Source: Pirellulaceae bacterium (lineage in GTDB: Bacteria; Planctomycetota; Planctomycetia; Pirellulales; Pirellulaceae). Taken from it: a stretch of DNA of 64,000 bases. Below are positions 50,668 through 59,886 of this stretch, piece after piece. The first letter of the stretch is position 1; every line of letters begins with the position of its first letter. Made by a program: the position numbers and the translations under genes. A model generated the notes under the pieces. The model worked only from the letters and a program-made list of their open reading frames with translations. It had not been told where the DNA came from and searched no databases. The DNA lies in NCBI GenBank assembly GCA_963698905.1, contig CAVOSP010000003.1, positions 1,623,126 to 1,687,125 on the forward strand. The letters are read 5' to 3'.

Positions 50668-52250
50668 TGCAGGGCGCAGTTCTGGCGATCGGCGGATTGG
50701 GCTTGTTTCTGTTGGGCATGTCGGTGATGACCGACGGCTTGCGAGCGATCGCGGATGATCGGTTACGACGTTTTCTTTCCAGTCGAACCCGGACCCCTCT
50801 GAGCGGTGCGATCACCGGCGCCGTTTCAACAGCCATTGTCCAGTCCTCCAGCGCAACCACGGTTGCCGCGATCGGGTTCGTCGGGGCCGGTCTGCTGACG
50901 TTTCCACAAGCACTGGGAATTCTATTTGCGCGCAACATCGGCACCACGATCACCGGTTGGCTGGTAGCCCTGGTCGGTTTTAAATTCCAGCTGGGCCAGG
51001 TTCTGCTGCCGCTGATCTTGCTGGGCGTGATGTTGCGGTTGTTCGGCAAACGGCATTGGCAGGGTTTGGGCAATGCCGTCGCGGGATTTGGTCTGATCTT
51101 TGTTGGGATCGCAACTCTGCAGGATGGAATGCAGACGTTCGCGGATGTGGTCACGCCCGACTCGTTCCCACCGGACACTCTGGCCGGGCGACTGTTGCTG
51201 GTGTTGATCGGACTGGCGATCACAGTCGTCACCCAGTCGTCCAGCGCCGGCGTCGCCATGGCATTGACGGCCGTCAGCGTTGGCAGCGTTTCGCTCCCAC
51301 AGGCGGCCGCGATGGTGATCGGCATGAACGTCGGGACAACCGTCACCGCCTTGCTGGCGACCGTCGGCGCAACTGTTCAAGCGAAGCGCACCGGTTGGTC
51401 ACACGTGATCTTCAATTGTTTGACAGCGCTCGGTGCCTTCTTGTTATTGACGCCCTATCTGCAGACGTTGGAGTACTTGCTGCCGGCCCAAATCAATTCA
51501 GATCCTGAGCTGGCTCTGGTGGGGTTTCATACGTTTTTTAACACCGTCGGAGTATTGGTGGTGCTGCCTTTTACCAGGCAGTTCGCGGCTCTAATGACTC
51601 GACTGGTTCCCGAGAAAGGTAACCCACTGGTTCGCCGCCTAGAGGACAGGGTGATCGACACTCCTGATCTTGCCGTCGCCGCGGTTGAAGCAACCGTGCT
51701 TGACCTGGTGACCGAGGTATTCAGCCAAGTAGCTCGGGTCTTGCGTGACCAGGATGTTGAAGACGATCAGCGTGATCGGCAAATCGACGAAGCCATCTCG
51801 GCGACACAACAGTACCTAAGCCAAGTGCTGGTCGCACCGGACCAAGAATCGCTGTTTCAGCGGCAGCAAGCGTCGATTCATATCTTGGATCATTTGCGAC
51901 GCCTGATTGTTCGAATCCGTGAGACCGATCGAATCGAAGTCATTCGGTCCCTGCAAGTTCTCGAGGATCAAGCGGAACAGGTCGCCGCAACCGCCAATCG
52001 GGTCGCTCGTCAGCCAGAGTCCATTGATCAGCAAGCTCTTGCCCAGCTCCGCGAAGATTACCGGATGCTGAAGCACACCGAGAAGCAGGTTCGTCACGAG
52101 AACATTGCCATGGCGGCGCACGGGGAACACAACGTACGTGATGCGATTGCCTTGACCGACGCCGCGCGGGCGTTAAGACGAATCGGTTATCATGTTTGGC
52201 GGATCATCCGCCAGTTGCAGCAAGGATATTCGCACAGTGGTCTCCCTTGA
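50664..52250 (+). CDS. Na/Pi cotransporter family protein with PhoU-like C-terminal domain
   Basis: GGLGLFLLGM and a duplicated QSSSATT / QSSSAGV motif, followed by a helical PhoU-like tail. The start is GTG 50664 or ATG 50667, overlapping the stop of the RND fragment. Confidence 0.9.
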   Translation: MMQGAVLAIGGLGLFLLGMSVMTDGLRAIADDRLRRFLSSRTRTPLSGAITGAVSTAIVQSSSATTVAAIGFVGAGLLTFPQALGILFARNIGTTITGWLVALVGFKFQLGQVLLPLILLGVMLRLFGKRHWQGLGNAVAGFGLIFVGIATLQDGMQTFADVVTPDSFPPDTLAGRLLLVLIGLAITVVTQSSSAGVAMALTAVSVGSVSLPQAAAMVIGMNVGTTVTALLATVGATVQAKRTGWSHVIFNCLTALGAFLLLTPYLQTLEYLLPAQINSDPELALVGFHTFFNTVGVLVVLPFTRQFAALMTRLVPEKGNPLVRRLEDRVIDTPDLAVAAVEATVLDLVTEVFSQVARVLRDQDVEDDQRDRQIDEAISATQQYLSQVLVAPDQESLFQRQQASIHILDHLRRLIVRIRETDRIEVIRSLQVLEDQAEQVAATANRVARQPESIDQQALAQLREDYRMLKHTEKQVRHENIAMAAHGEHNVRDAIALTDAARALRRIGYHVWRIIRQLQQGYSHSGLP

Positions 52251-52723
52251 TGCAGATCCGGCTGTGTCGATGAAACGGCCGCCGGGCGACTTGCTCGGCA
52301 AAGAACCCGATCAGTTGGGCCAGGTCATTAACGCGCGCTTCCGAAATCGCAGTGTGCGTTTATGCACATAGCGGGGAGTTGACAGCCCCGCGGGGTGGCC
52401 TGCTGAACGGGAGGGTGCGGCGGGAAGCTGGGTGGGCCGGCGCGAAACCGAGAGTTGGAGTACGACGAGCCGAAGCGGGGCGAGGGACAGCCAGTATTGT
52501 CGGGCGCTTGCCTGGCAAGCCTGTTCGCGTTTTCATCGAGTCTCGCGGAGGCAGTTTGGATTTTATCGGTCGCTTTTCAAAGCAACTCGTGATGTCCGTA
52601 CCATGGGCGTCTGACCCTTTTCCCGAACCAATGGGCTTGGCGCGGTAGTTGCACTCACCAGCGATTTGCATTGATTTGCCCGCACTCTGACGCACACCAT
52701 CAAGTACTCAGTGGAGAAAGATT

Positions 52724-53761
52724 TTGGAAATCGTAAACTGGTTGAATGAAACCAAGGCCAGCGAAGTCATGGTCCAGATTTTGGTCACGTTATCGCCTCG
52801 CGACACGCTGGCGGTGGCGGCGGAAACTCTATTGAAGGAACAAATTTCCGGTGCGCCGGTTGTCAATGAAAAGGATCAGTGTGTCGGTGTGCTGTCGGTC
52901 AGCGATCTGATTCGCGCCGAGGGCAAGGTATTGGCCGAGCAACAGCAGATCGCAGAGTCCAGTTTTTTTAATTCCGGCCTGGTTTTGCCGACCAGCGTGT
53001 ATTCAGAGAAGCTTGAGCAAGTCCGCGACAAGCTAGCCCCTGTATCGGAGCAGCCCGTCGAGCGGTTCATGACCCGCGACCTGGTCAGCGTCGGTGGCGA
53101 CGAGCCGATCGCGACCGTCGTTCGGGACATCGTCGACGCGCACGTGCATCGCGTTTTGGTTTTGAGTCAACAGCATCAGCTGCTGGGAATCATCAGCACG
53201 ATTGATCTGCTCGCCGCGCTGCAGCGCAAGTCGATAGCCCAGTCGCAATCGTTCATTTCACTATCTCCAGGGACCCGAGTGATGGCAAATCAAACTTTGT
53301 TTAACAGCCTGCTGGTGCCGGTCGATTTTTCTGAGTCCTCCAACGAAGCTTTCCAACGGGGGATCGAACTGGCCGCGGGCGACGAGCCGAGCATCATTGC
53401 CTTGCACGTGATTGACGAGGCGCTGATCGACTTGATGACCAGCCACGATTTCGGTGACCGGGACGAGCTGATTGCGAAATTACGCGAGCAAGCCGAGCGG
53501 CGGATCAATGAATTTACTGCGACGGAGGATTCATCGGTCGAGGTCGACAGGATTGTCAGCGTCGGCATCCCATTTATCGAAATCATACGAAAATCGGACG
53601 AGTTTGCCGTGGACGCGATCGTGATGGGCAAGATCGGCGACCGTAAACATTTTGAAAAATTGTTGTTTGGATCAACCGCCGAGCGAGTGATTCGCAGCAG
53701 CGCGCGACCGGTGATTGTGTTTCCGGGATCGTTCGAACTCGACTCCTCTGCCGCGGGTTAG
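52724..53761 (+). CDS. CBS-pair + universal stress protein (USP) fusion
   Basis: Two CBS-like units (ISGAPVVNEKDQCVGVLSVSDLI and VHRVLVLSQQHQLLGIISTIDLL) are followed by a USP domain (LLVPVDFSESS ... GSTAERVIRSSARPVIVF). TTG start. Confidence 0.85.
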   Translation: MEIVNWLNETKASEVMVQILVTLSPRDTLAVAAETLLKEQISGAPVVNEKDQCVGVLSVSDLIRAEGKVLAEQQQIAESSFFNSGLVLPTSVYSEKLEQVRDKLAPVSEQPVERFMTRDLVSVGGDEPIATVVRDIVDAHVHRVLVLSQQHQLLGIISTIDLLAALQRKSIAQSQSFISLSPGTRVMANQTLFNSLLVPVDFSESSNEAFQRGIELAAGDEPSIIALHVIDEALIDLMTSHDFGDRDELIAKLREQAERRINEFTATEDSSVEVDRIVSVGIPFIEIIRKSDEFAVDAIVMGKIGDRKHFEKLLFGSTAERVIRSSARPVIVFPGSFELDSSAAG

Positions 53762-53786
53762 CTCTGGCAGCTTGAACGGCATGTCA

Positions 53787-54275
53787 TCAACGCGGTTCAA
53801 CGGCTTTTTGGTCTGCGTGGTAGACGGCGTAAACATAAACGGGGATTTCAAGATCTGCCAACTCCGCTTCGATCAGCGGCAAGACATCCTCCCACTCCAG
53901 GCCACCAACGCCGGTTGCTAAGCGCGGCAAGGCGATCGATTCAAAGCCTTCCTTGGCCGCCATTTTCTTCAACGCGCGCAGTGTGTGGCGCACGTCAGAA
54001 AGCTTGGCTTTGCCAGGATGGGAGCCATGGTCATAGCCACCCTGCTGAGTCAGCAGGTTCACGATCCGAACTCCATCGACACCACCCCACATCCACGCTT
54101 CCCCAGGTTTCGGGTGTCTTTGGTGACACCAATGATGATAATCCTTATGCATCATTGGATAACGCTGGTGGATTGATAGTGCCAGTCCTTGATCCATGGG
54201 ATCATTTGCGGCGACACCATGGGCGATTGCCGCTGCATCGCTCAGCAAGATATCCCCTTTGACCTGATGGATCAT
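53787..54275 (-). CDS. macro domain protein (ADP-ribose binding/hydrolase)
   Basis: VKGDILLSDAAAIAHGVAAN ... ESIALPRLATGVGGL matches the macro-domain pattern. The start is placed at the internal ATG 54275. Confidence 0.8.
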   Translation of the reverse strand: MIHQVKGDILLSDAAAIAHGVAANDPMDQGLALSIHQRYPMMHKDYHHWCHQRHPKPGEAWMWGGVDGVRIVNLLTQQGGYDHGSHPGKAKLSDVRHTLRALKKMAAKEGFESIALPRLATGVGGLEWEDVLPLIEAELADLEIPVYVYAVYHADQKAVEPR

Positions 54276-54507
54276 TATTTGCTCCGTAGATTGACCTGGA
54301 AAAATCACACTATAGCGACTTTGGTGGCAAATACTGAGCAGGCCAGCGGAGAAAATCGTCTTTGGGCCGAAGATCCTGACTGATCACCTCAAGGTTCCCG
54401 TTCCCTGATCCTGTTGCTTGAATTCCGCGACGATTAAACTCTAAAATCAGACTCAAACCAAGCGTGACAAATGTTGTTTGGTCCGCGTTTTTCATTGTGA
54501 ACCGCCG

Positions 54508-55404
54508 ATGAGCTGTCTGCTGATTGTTGATGACGACCCTGAAGATCTGCAGGCTGCGCGAGCGATACTTGCCGCTTTGCCGGACATCGAAATAGAAACG
54601 GCCGAAAATGGGCATCAGGCGTTTGCGGTCCTAAGCCGGTTTCCGGCCGACGTTGTGATCACGGATCTGCACATGCCGGAGTTGGATGGGTTGGATTTAT
54701 TGCAAGCTGTTCGCGAGCGGTATTCCGATTTGCCGGTGATTGTGATGACGGCGCATGGCAGCGAAGAGACGGCGGCAAATGCGCTCAGTCACGGCGCTTC
54801 GGGCTATGTGCCGAAGCGGATGCTCGAGAGCCAGCTACTTCCAATCGTGCAGAAAGTTCTCGCGGCGATCGCCGCTCGTAAAGACAGACAACGTTTGGAA
54901 AAGTTGCTTGAGTATACGGAAACAAAGTTCGTGCTGGAAAGCGAGTGCGATCTAACGGCGCCGATCATCGGGTACTTGCTGGAAAAGGCAAACCGCCTGC
55001 TCTTATTTGATGAAAACGAGTTGGTCCGGATCGGCCTGGCAATCGACGAGGCACTGAACAATGCAATCTATCACGGTAACTTAGAGGTCAGCTCGGAGCT
55101 GCGAGAGAGAGACGATGGCATCTTTCATACGATCGCCAGTGAGCGCCGCAATCAGTCGCCATTTTCGGGGCGTAAGGTCGAAATCATTTGCCGCGTTTCG
55201 AGCGAGGAGTTTACCTGCGTGATACGGGACGAGGGCCGCGGTTTTGCGGTCGAGGCCGTACCCGATCCGCTGGCCCCCGAGAATCTTGAGAAGGCGGGGG
55301 GTAGAGGATTGTTCATGATCCGGCAATTCATGGACGAGGTTCGGCATAACGAAACCGCAAACGAAATCACCATGATCAAACGCAAAACTTCCGTCGGCAG
55401 ATAA
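54508..55404 (+). CDS. response-regulator receiver fused to an RsbW/SpoIIAB-like HATPase domain
   Basis: REC domain: LLIVDDDPED ... VITDLHMPELDG ... VMTAHG ... GYVPK. The C-terminal part has EALNNAIYHGN and GGRGLFMIRQFMDEV (N-box and G-box of GHKL ATPases). Confidence 0.85.
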   Translation: MSCLLIVDDDPEDLQAARAILAALPDIEIETAENGHQAFAVLSRFPADVVITDLHMPELDGLDLLQAVRERYSDLPVIVMTAHGSEETAANALSHGASGYVPKRMLESQLLPIVQKVLAAIAARKDRQRLEKLLEYTETKFVLESECDLTAPIIGYLLEKANRLLLFDENELVRIGLAIDEALNNAIYHGNLEVSSELRERDDGIFHTIASERRNQSPFSGRKVEIICRVSSEEFTCVIRDEGRGFAVEAVPDPLAPENLEKAGGRGLFMIRQFMDEVRHNETANEITMIKRKTSVGR

Positions 55405-55473
55405 CAGGAAGTCCGCTGGCGGCTACTGGCGTCCGAACATTTTTGCTGGCGAAGTGTTAGCACGGTCGCCTGT

Positions 55474-56799
55474 CTACCAGCGTGGCTGCCCGGTTGATTC
55501 TAACACGCTCCGCCACAGGTCTCCGGTAACGTCCATGGACTTGGTTTGCGGAACGACGGCAGGCAATGGTACATGCACGTAACAATCGTTTTCCTGACCG
55601 ATCATCAGACCCGTTTTTCCAGCCATTGCCGCGTGCACCGCGTGACGCGCCATCTGGTCACAGAGCATGCGGTCGAATGAGTTGGCTGGGACACTGCGGA
55701 TGAAATAACTGGGGTCCAAATATTTCAGTGCGATCGGGATTGAATGAGCCGCGAAGTACTCGCCAATTTTTCGCTTCATCAGATCGCCGACATCTTGCAG
55801 CTGCAAATTGCCCGACGCATCGCGGTGCAGTTCGGCTGGGTCAAATAAGTGTTGGCCAGCCCCTTCGGCAATCACGATCACCGCGTGCGACCGACGACGC
55901 ATGCGATTTTCCAGGGTCGCCAGAAATCCGCGTTCTCCGTCCAGCGGAAATTGAATCTCGGGGACTAACGTGAAATTGACTTCCTGACTGACGACCGACG
56001 CGCCAGCGGCAATCGAACCGGAATTCCGTCCCATCAGTTTGACCAGCCCGATTCCGTTGATCGCGTTCCGCGCTTCCACATGCGCACCGCGAATCACCTC
56101 GGCGGCCTTTTCCAAAGCGGTAGCGTAACCAAACGACAAACCAACATAGGGAATGTCATTGTCGATCGTCTTGGGTATTCCAATGATCGAGATTGCCGCC
56201 CGACGTCGTTGTATCTCCTGGTACAACGCATTGGCACCGCGCTGTGTCCCGTCGCCTCCCACGCAAATCAGAATGTCAATGTTGTTGGATTGCAAGAAGT
56301 CCACCATCACGACCGGATCTTGCGGTCCACGTGAACTGCCAAGCGCTGTGCCACCAAGTTTATCAATCGGTTCAACAAACTCGCGGGTCAGCAGAATCGG
56401 CTCTAAACCGGCAGCCGGGTTCAACCCGCGAAAACCATTGCGGATACCCAGCACCCGCTGAACCTTGTAGTTCTCGACGAGCTCAAGAAACACCGATCGA
56501 ATCACATTATTCAAACCGGGTGACAAACCTCCGCAGGTCACCAGCGCGGCGGAGGTCCTCGCCGGTTCAAAGAAAATCTGATCTCGAGGTCCGGCTTCCT
56601 CGAAACTCAGGATTTCCGACCGATCGTCCAGGTCGTCGCCAATGCGAATGTCCAAGCGAATTCGTTGGCGTTCGGCAATGAAATGTGTCGAGTTCGGATG
56701 GCTCGGTGAGTCGAAATCGAGTGGTGTCGGAAATCGCTGCGCGCCCAGCGTCGTGACATTCAGATCGGATTGCCTAAGCATGATTGGTTCAGACTCCAA
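55474..56799 (-). CDS. pfkA: 6-phosphofructokinase (PfkA family; ATP- or PPi-dependent not resolved)
   Basis: TCGGLSPGLNNVIR, VGGDGTQRGA, GIPKTIDNDI and LMGRNSG motifs. Confidence 0.93.
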   Translation of the reverse strand: MESEPIMLRQSDLNVTTLGAQRFPTPLDFDSPSHPNSTHFIAERQRIRLDIRIGDDLDDRSEILSFEEAGPRDQIFFEPARTSAALVTCGGLSPGLNNVIRSVFLELVENYKVQRVLGIRNGFRGLNPAAGLEPILLTREFVEPIDKLGGTALGSSRGPQDPVVMVDFLQSNNIDILICVGGDGTQRGANALYQEIQRRRAAISIIGIPKTIDNDIPYVGLSFGYATALEKAAEVIRGAHVEARNAINGIGLVKLMGRNSGSIAAGASVVSQEVNFTLVPEIQFPLDGERGFLATLENRMRRRSHAVIVIAEGAGQHLFDPAELHRDASGNLQLQDVGDLMKRKIGEYFAAHSIPIALKYLDPSYFIRSVPANSFDRMLCDQMARHAVHAAMAGKTGLMIGQENDCYVHVPLPAVVPQTKSMDVTGDLWRSVLESTGQPRW

Positions 56800-56832
56800 G
56801 ACTTACTTGTTCACCAGCGGATGAAAACGATT

Positions 56833-58409
56833 CTAGCCCGGAATGAACCATGGGCGGATGACCAACATCGTCAACAGTGTGATCAACAGGATGCCGATGA
56901 TATTCAACCAGAATCCTGCTTTGACCATCTGCGGGACCGTGACTAACCCCGATCCAAACACGATCGCATTGGGAGGCGTCGCAACCGGCAGCATGAACGC
57001 GCAACTAGCTGCGATCGTCGCTGGAAATATCAACAAATAGGGTTGTACACCCAGACCCGGCGCCAGTGCCGCCAAGATCGGCACCAGAGTGGCGGTCGTC
57101 GCCGTATTGGAAGTCAACTCGGTCAAGAACACGACCGTCGCGGTGATCAGCAATACGACCACAATCTCCGGTAAAGTCGCCAAGGCAAGGGAGTAACTGG
57201 CGATGAACTCGGCGACACCGTTGTTAGTCACCGCCTCGGCCAGACTAAGCCCGCCACCAAACAGGATCAGAATTCCCCACGGCAATCGCACCGCCGTTTC
57301 CCAATCCATCACAAAGCTGCGCTTTCCCAGGTTGACTGGGATCAGGAACAATAAAATTGCCGCCGAAATTGCGATTCCGGAATCGGTCAAACCGGCCAGT
57401 GGTTTCCAGGTGCGCCGTTGGAATGGAACTCGATGTCACTGAGCAGCGGTCGGAATATCCAACAAGCGGCTGTCGCGATAAACACTGCGAACGTGGCCCA
57501 TTCGCCCCGCTTGACGCGGCCCAACGATTGGAATTCATGCTCGATCAGCTGCGTCACGCCGGGGAGCGTCGAGATCCGAATCGGGTATAACACACGAGTC
57601 AGCAAGTACAGCACGATCGGTAAAAAAATCACCGCCAACGGCACCCCGACGACCAGCCAGGACAAGAAGCTGATTTGCTGTTGATACGGTTTGGCGATTC
57701 CATCTTGCAAAAAGCCGACCAGGAACACGTTGGGCGGGGTACCAATGATTGTGGCGATACCGCCAATCGAGCCCGCATAGGCGATACCCAGCATCAAACA
57801 GGTACTTAGATTTTCAGTCGCTTGCAGATTGGTTCCGTTGGCGTCGGCGGCCGCGCGTTCTTTGCCTGTCGCGTGAACCAAGCCAGTCACGCTCAACGCG
57901 ATCGGCAGCATCATGGCCGTCGTCGCCGTATTGGAAACAAAGGCGCTCAGGATTGCAGTGGTGAACATGAACCCGGCGACGATCCGAATTGGGTTGGAGC
58001 CTACAGCGCGAAGCACTGTCAATGCAATGCGTTTGCCCAGTCCCCAGCGTTCCATCGATAACGCCAGCAAAAACCCGCCCATGAACAGGAAGATCAACGG
58101 GTTGGCATAAGGGCTGGCCGCATCACGCATGCTGGCGACATTCAACAGCGGAAATAGCGACAATGGCAGCAGCGCGGTCACATAGATCGGAACGGACTCG
58201 GTTAGCCACCACAGTGCCATCCAGACCAGCATCGCCATCGTGGCCCGTCCAGGTTGACTGAATTGGACAATTTCGTCAGCAGCTGAACGGTACGCATCCG
58301 GTAACAGTAGGTAGCAGATCCCAGCGACCAGCGGGCCGGCAACCAACCCCGTCCACTGAACGATCAAGCGAAGTCGCGATGTCGGCGCGGGCAATCTTTG
58401 ATTCGCCAT
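56833..58409 (-). pseudogene. DASS/SLC13-family anion:sodium symporter, split by an apparent 1-nt deletion at ~57388-57393
   Basis: ORF 57387..58409 ends ...GAPGNHWPV*. ORF 56833..57390 begins (M)TDSGIAISAAILLFLIPV. Adding one G (ccggtt to ccgggtt on the coding strand) restores HWPGLTDSGIAI. Motifs typical of the SLC13 family are present (SNTATTAMMLPI and SNTATTATLVPI). Confidence 0.88.
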
Positions 58410-58863
58410 CGATGAACAGCCGGTTTGGAGTTTGAGGGATTCTGCTGAGACTCGGCGTTGGATGATATCGAAAACTGCCGCGGACGTTTGGATGCCGTTG
58501 ATTGGTGGTGCTTAACTTACCCAATCTGTACTTTCAGAACCTGGTAATCGATTTTTGGTCATTCCGAACACGGTTGCACAACAACGATGCAGTCAAGCGC
58601 AAAGAGAAAGCATAAAATCCGCCGTTCGAACATCAAGCGCGTGAACGCACAGGGACGATGGCCGGCTGGCGTTACTCGCGGATTGCTGGTTCTCTGTGGT
58701 CAAAGTGTCAGTCAATTCAATCCTCAACAGCAGTACATGGGCTCGACAATCGGCAGCTGGCACGAAATTTGCCCAGTTAAAAAACTGTTTGCTGTCATCG
58801 GGCTATTCGGCAATCATGTCGTTGCTGATTGTCGGTTACCTTCCAACGACAAGAGATACCAGA

Positions 58864-59334
58864 ATGGGGTTTCGCGAAGTTTTAGAGCATGAAACAGTCG
58901 GTGAGCTTCCCCTGCGAGAGGCAATCGAGGTTCGTTCCGGTACCGTGTTACGCGCCGCGGTTGCCGTGATGCGTAGCCGTTCGTTGGGGTGCGCCGTCCT
59001 GGTTGATTCAAGTGGAGTTCCGTCAGGCATCTTTACGGAGCATTCGTTGATGAACGCGCTGATGCAAGATGCTTCGCTAGATGATCGCCCGGTGATCGAG
59101 TTTGCCGATCCTAAATTTCTCTCAGTCACCCTTAGCGAGCCAATCGCGCATGTGTGGGATGCCATCCACGGCGATGGACTGCGTTTCGTCTGTGTCACTG
59201 ATGACAACGGCAAGTTGATTGGAATCACAGGCCAAAGAGGGATTTCCGAATATATTTCTGAATGTTTTCCACAGCAGGTAGCAGTACAGCGTCTCGGCAG
59301 CACGCCGTGGATGCAGCAACGAGAGGGAGCCTAA
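58864..59334 (+). CDS. CBS-pair domain protein
   Basis: ATG 58864. Two CBS units (GCAVLVDSSGVPSGIFTEHSLM and LRFVCVTDDNGKLIGITGQRGI). Confidence 0.8.
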   Translation: MGFREVLEHETVGELPLREAIEVRSGTVLRAAVAVMRSRSLGCAVLVDSSGVPSGIFTEHSLMNALMQDASLDDRPVIEFADPKFLSVTLSEPIAHVWDAIHGDGLRFVCVTDDNGKLIGITGQRGISEYISECFPQQVAVQRLGSTPWMQQREGA

Positions 59335-59335
59335 A

Positions 59336-59827
59336 GTGAACGAAGCCCAACAAATAGATGCTGATACTTTTGAAGATCCGCTCAGTAACTATGAGCCGGT
59401 CGAGTACAAAAGCGAGCTGCAGCGCGTACTGGCCGAAGATCCGGTCACCGAAATTCAATTGGAATCTGACTTTATCGTCGAAGCCGATACGTCGATCGGC
59501 GAGGCGATTCGCCTGATGCATGCGAAGCAAGTTTCCTGCTTGCTGGTTGTTGACGGTCGGGCCTTGGTTGGAGTCTTTTCCGAGCGCGACGTCTTGGAAC
59601 GAGTCGCCGAGCGATTCGATCAGCTCTCTGCTGCTCCGGTGCGGCTTGTGATGACTTCCGATCCAACTGTGGTTTACGAAAGCGATCCGGTCGGTGCCGC
59701 AGTGGCGGCTATCGCCATCGCGGGACACCGTCACGTTCCAGTTCTGAAATTGGACGGTACGCCGACCGGAATCGTCAGCCCCCGTTGCCTGCTGAGGTTT
59801 CTAGAACAATATTTTGATCCCGCCTAG
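59336..59827 (+). CDS. CBS-pair domain protein (second, adjacent)
   Basis: GTG 59336 lies 1 nt after the preceding stop. CBS units VSCLLVVDGRALVGVFSERDVL and HRHVPVLKLDGTPTGIVSPRCLL. Confidence 0.8.
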   Translation: MNEAQQIDADTFEDPLSNYEPVEYKSELQRVLAEDPVTEIQLESDFIVEADTSIGEAIRLMHAKQVSCLLVVDGRALVGVFSERDVLERVAERFDQLSAAPVRLVMTSDPTVVYESDPVGAAVAAIAIAGHRHVPVLKLDGTPTGIVSPRCLLRFLEQYFDPA

Positions 59828-59886
59828 CGATCGGGCTGCGATTTGCGCTTGCTGGCAGTGGTGATGTAGGCTCTCTAGCTGATGAC

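Noticed and set aside
52352-52695. ORFs 52352..52648 (+) and 52360..52695 (-) in the large intergenic gap.
   Set aside because: Both are Arg/Gly/Pro-rich with no motifs, which is typical of random ORFs in G-rich DNA. The region is listed as an unexplained non-coding region instead.
52251-52723. RNase P RNA, tmRNA, 6S RNA or a cobalamin riboswitch in this gap.
   Set aside because: I could not find the diagnostic strings (GGAAAGTCCGG for RNase P, the GGGG...TTCGACG 5' end or the tRNA-like 3' end for tmRNA, or a B12 box). This needs a covariance-model scan.
1-58409. Programmed ribosomal frameshifting or transcriptional slippage as an explanation for the split genes.
   Set aside because: Six unrelated genes are affected, none belongs to a family known for recoding, and no slippery heptamer with a downstream structure is seen. 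Single-base homopolymer repair restores the canonical sequence, which points to sequencing error.
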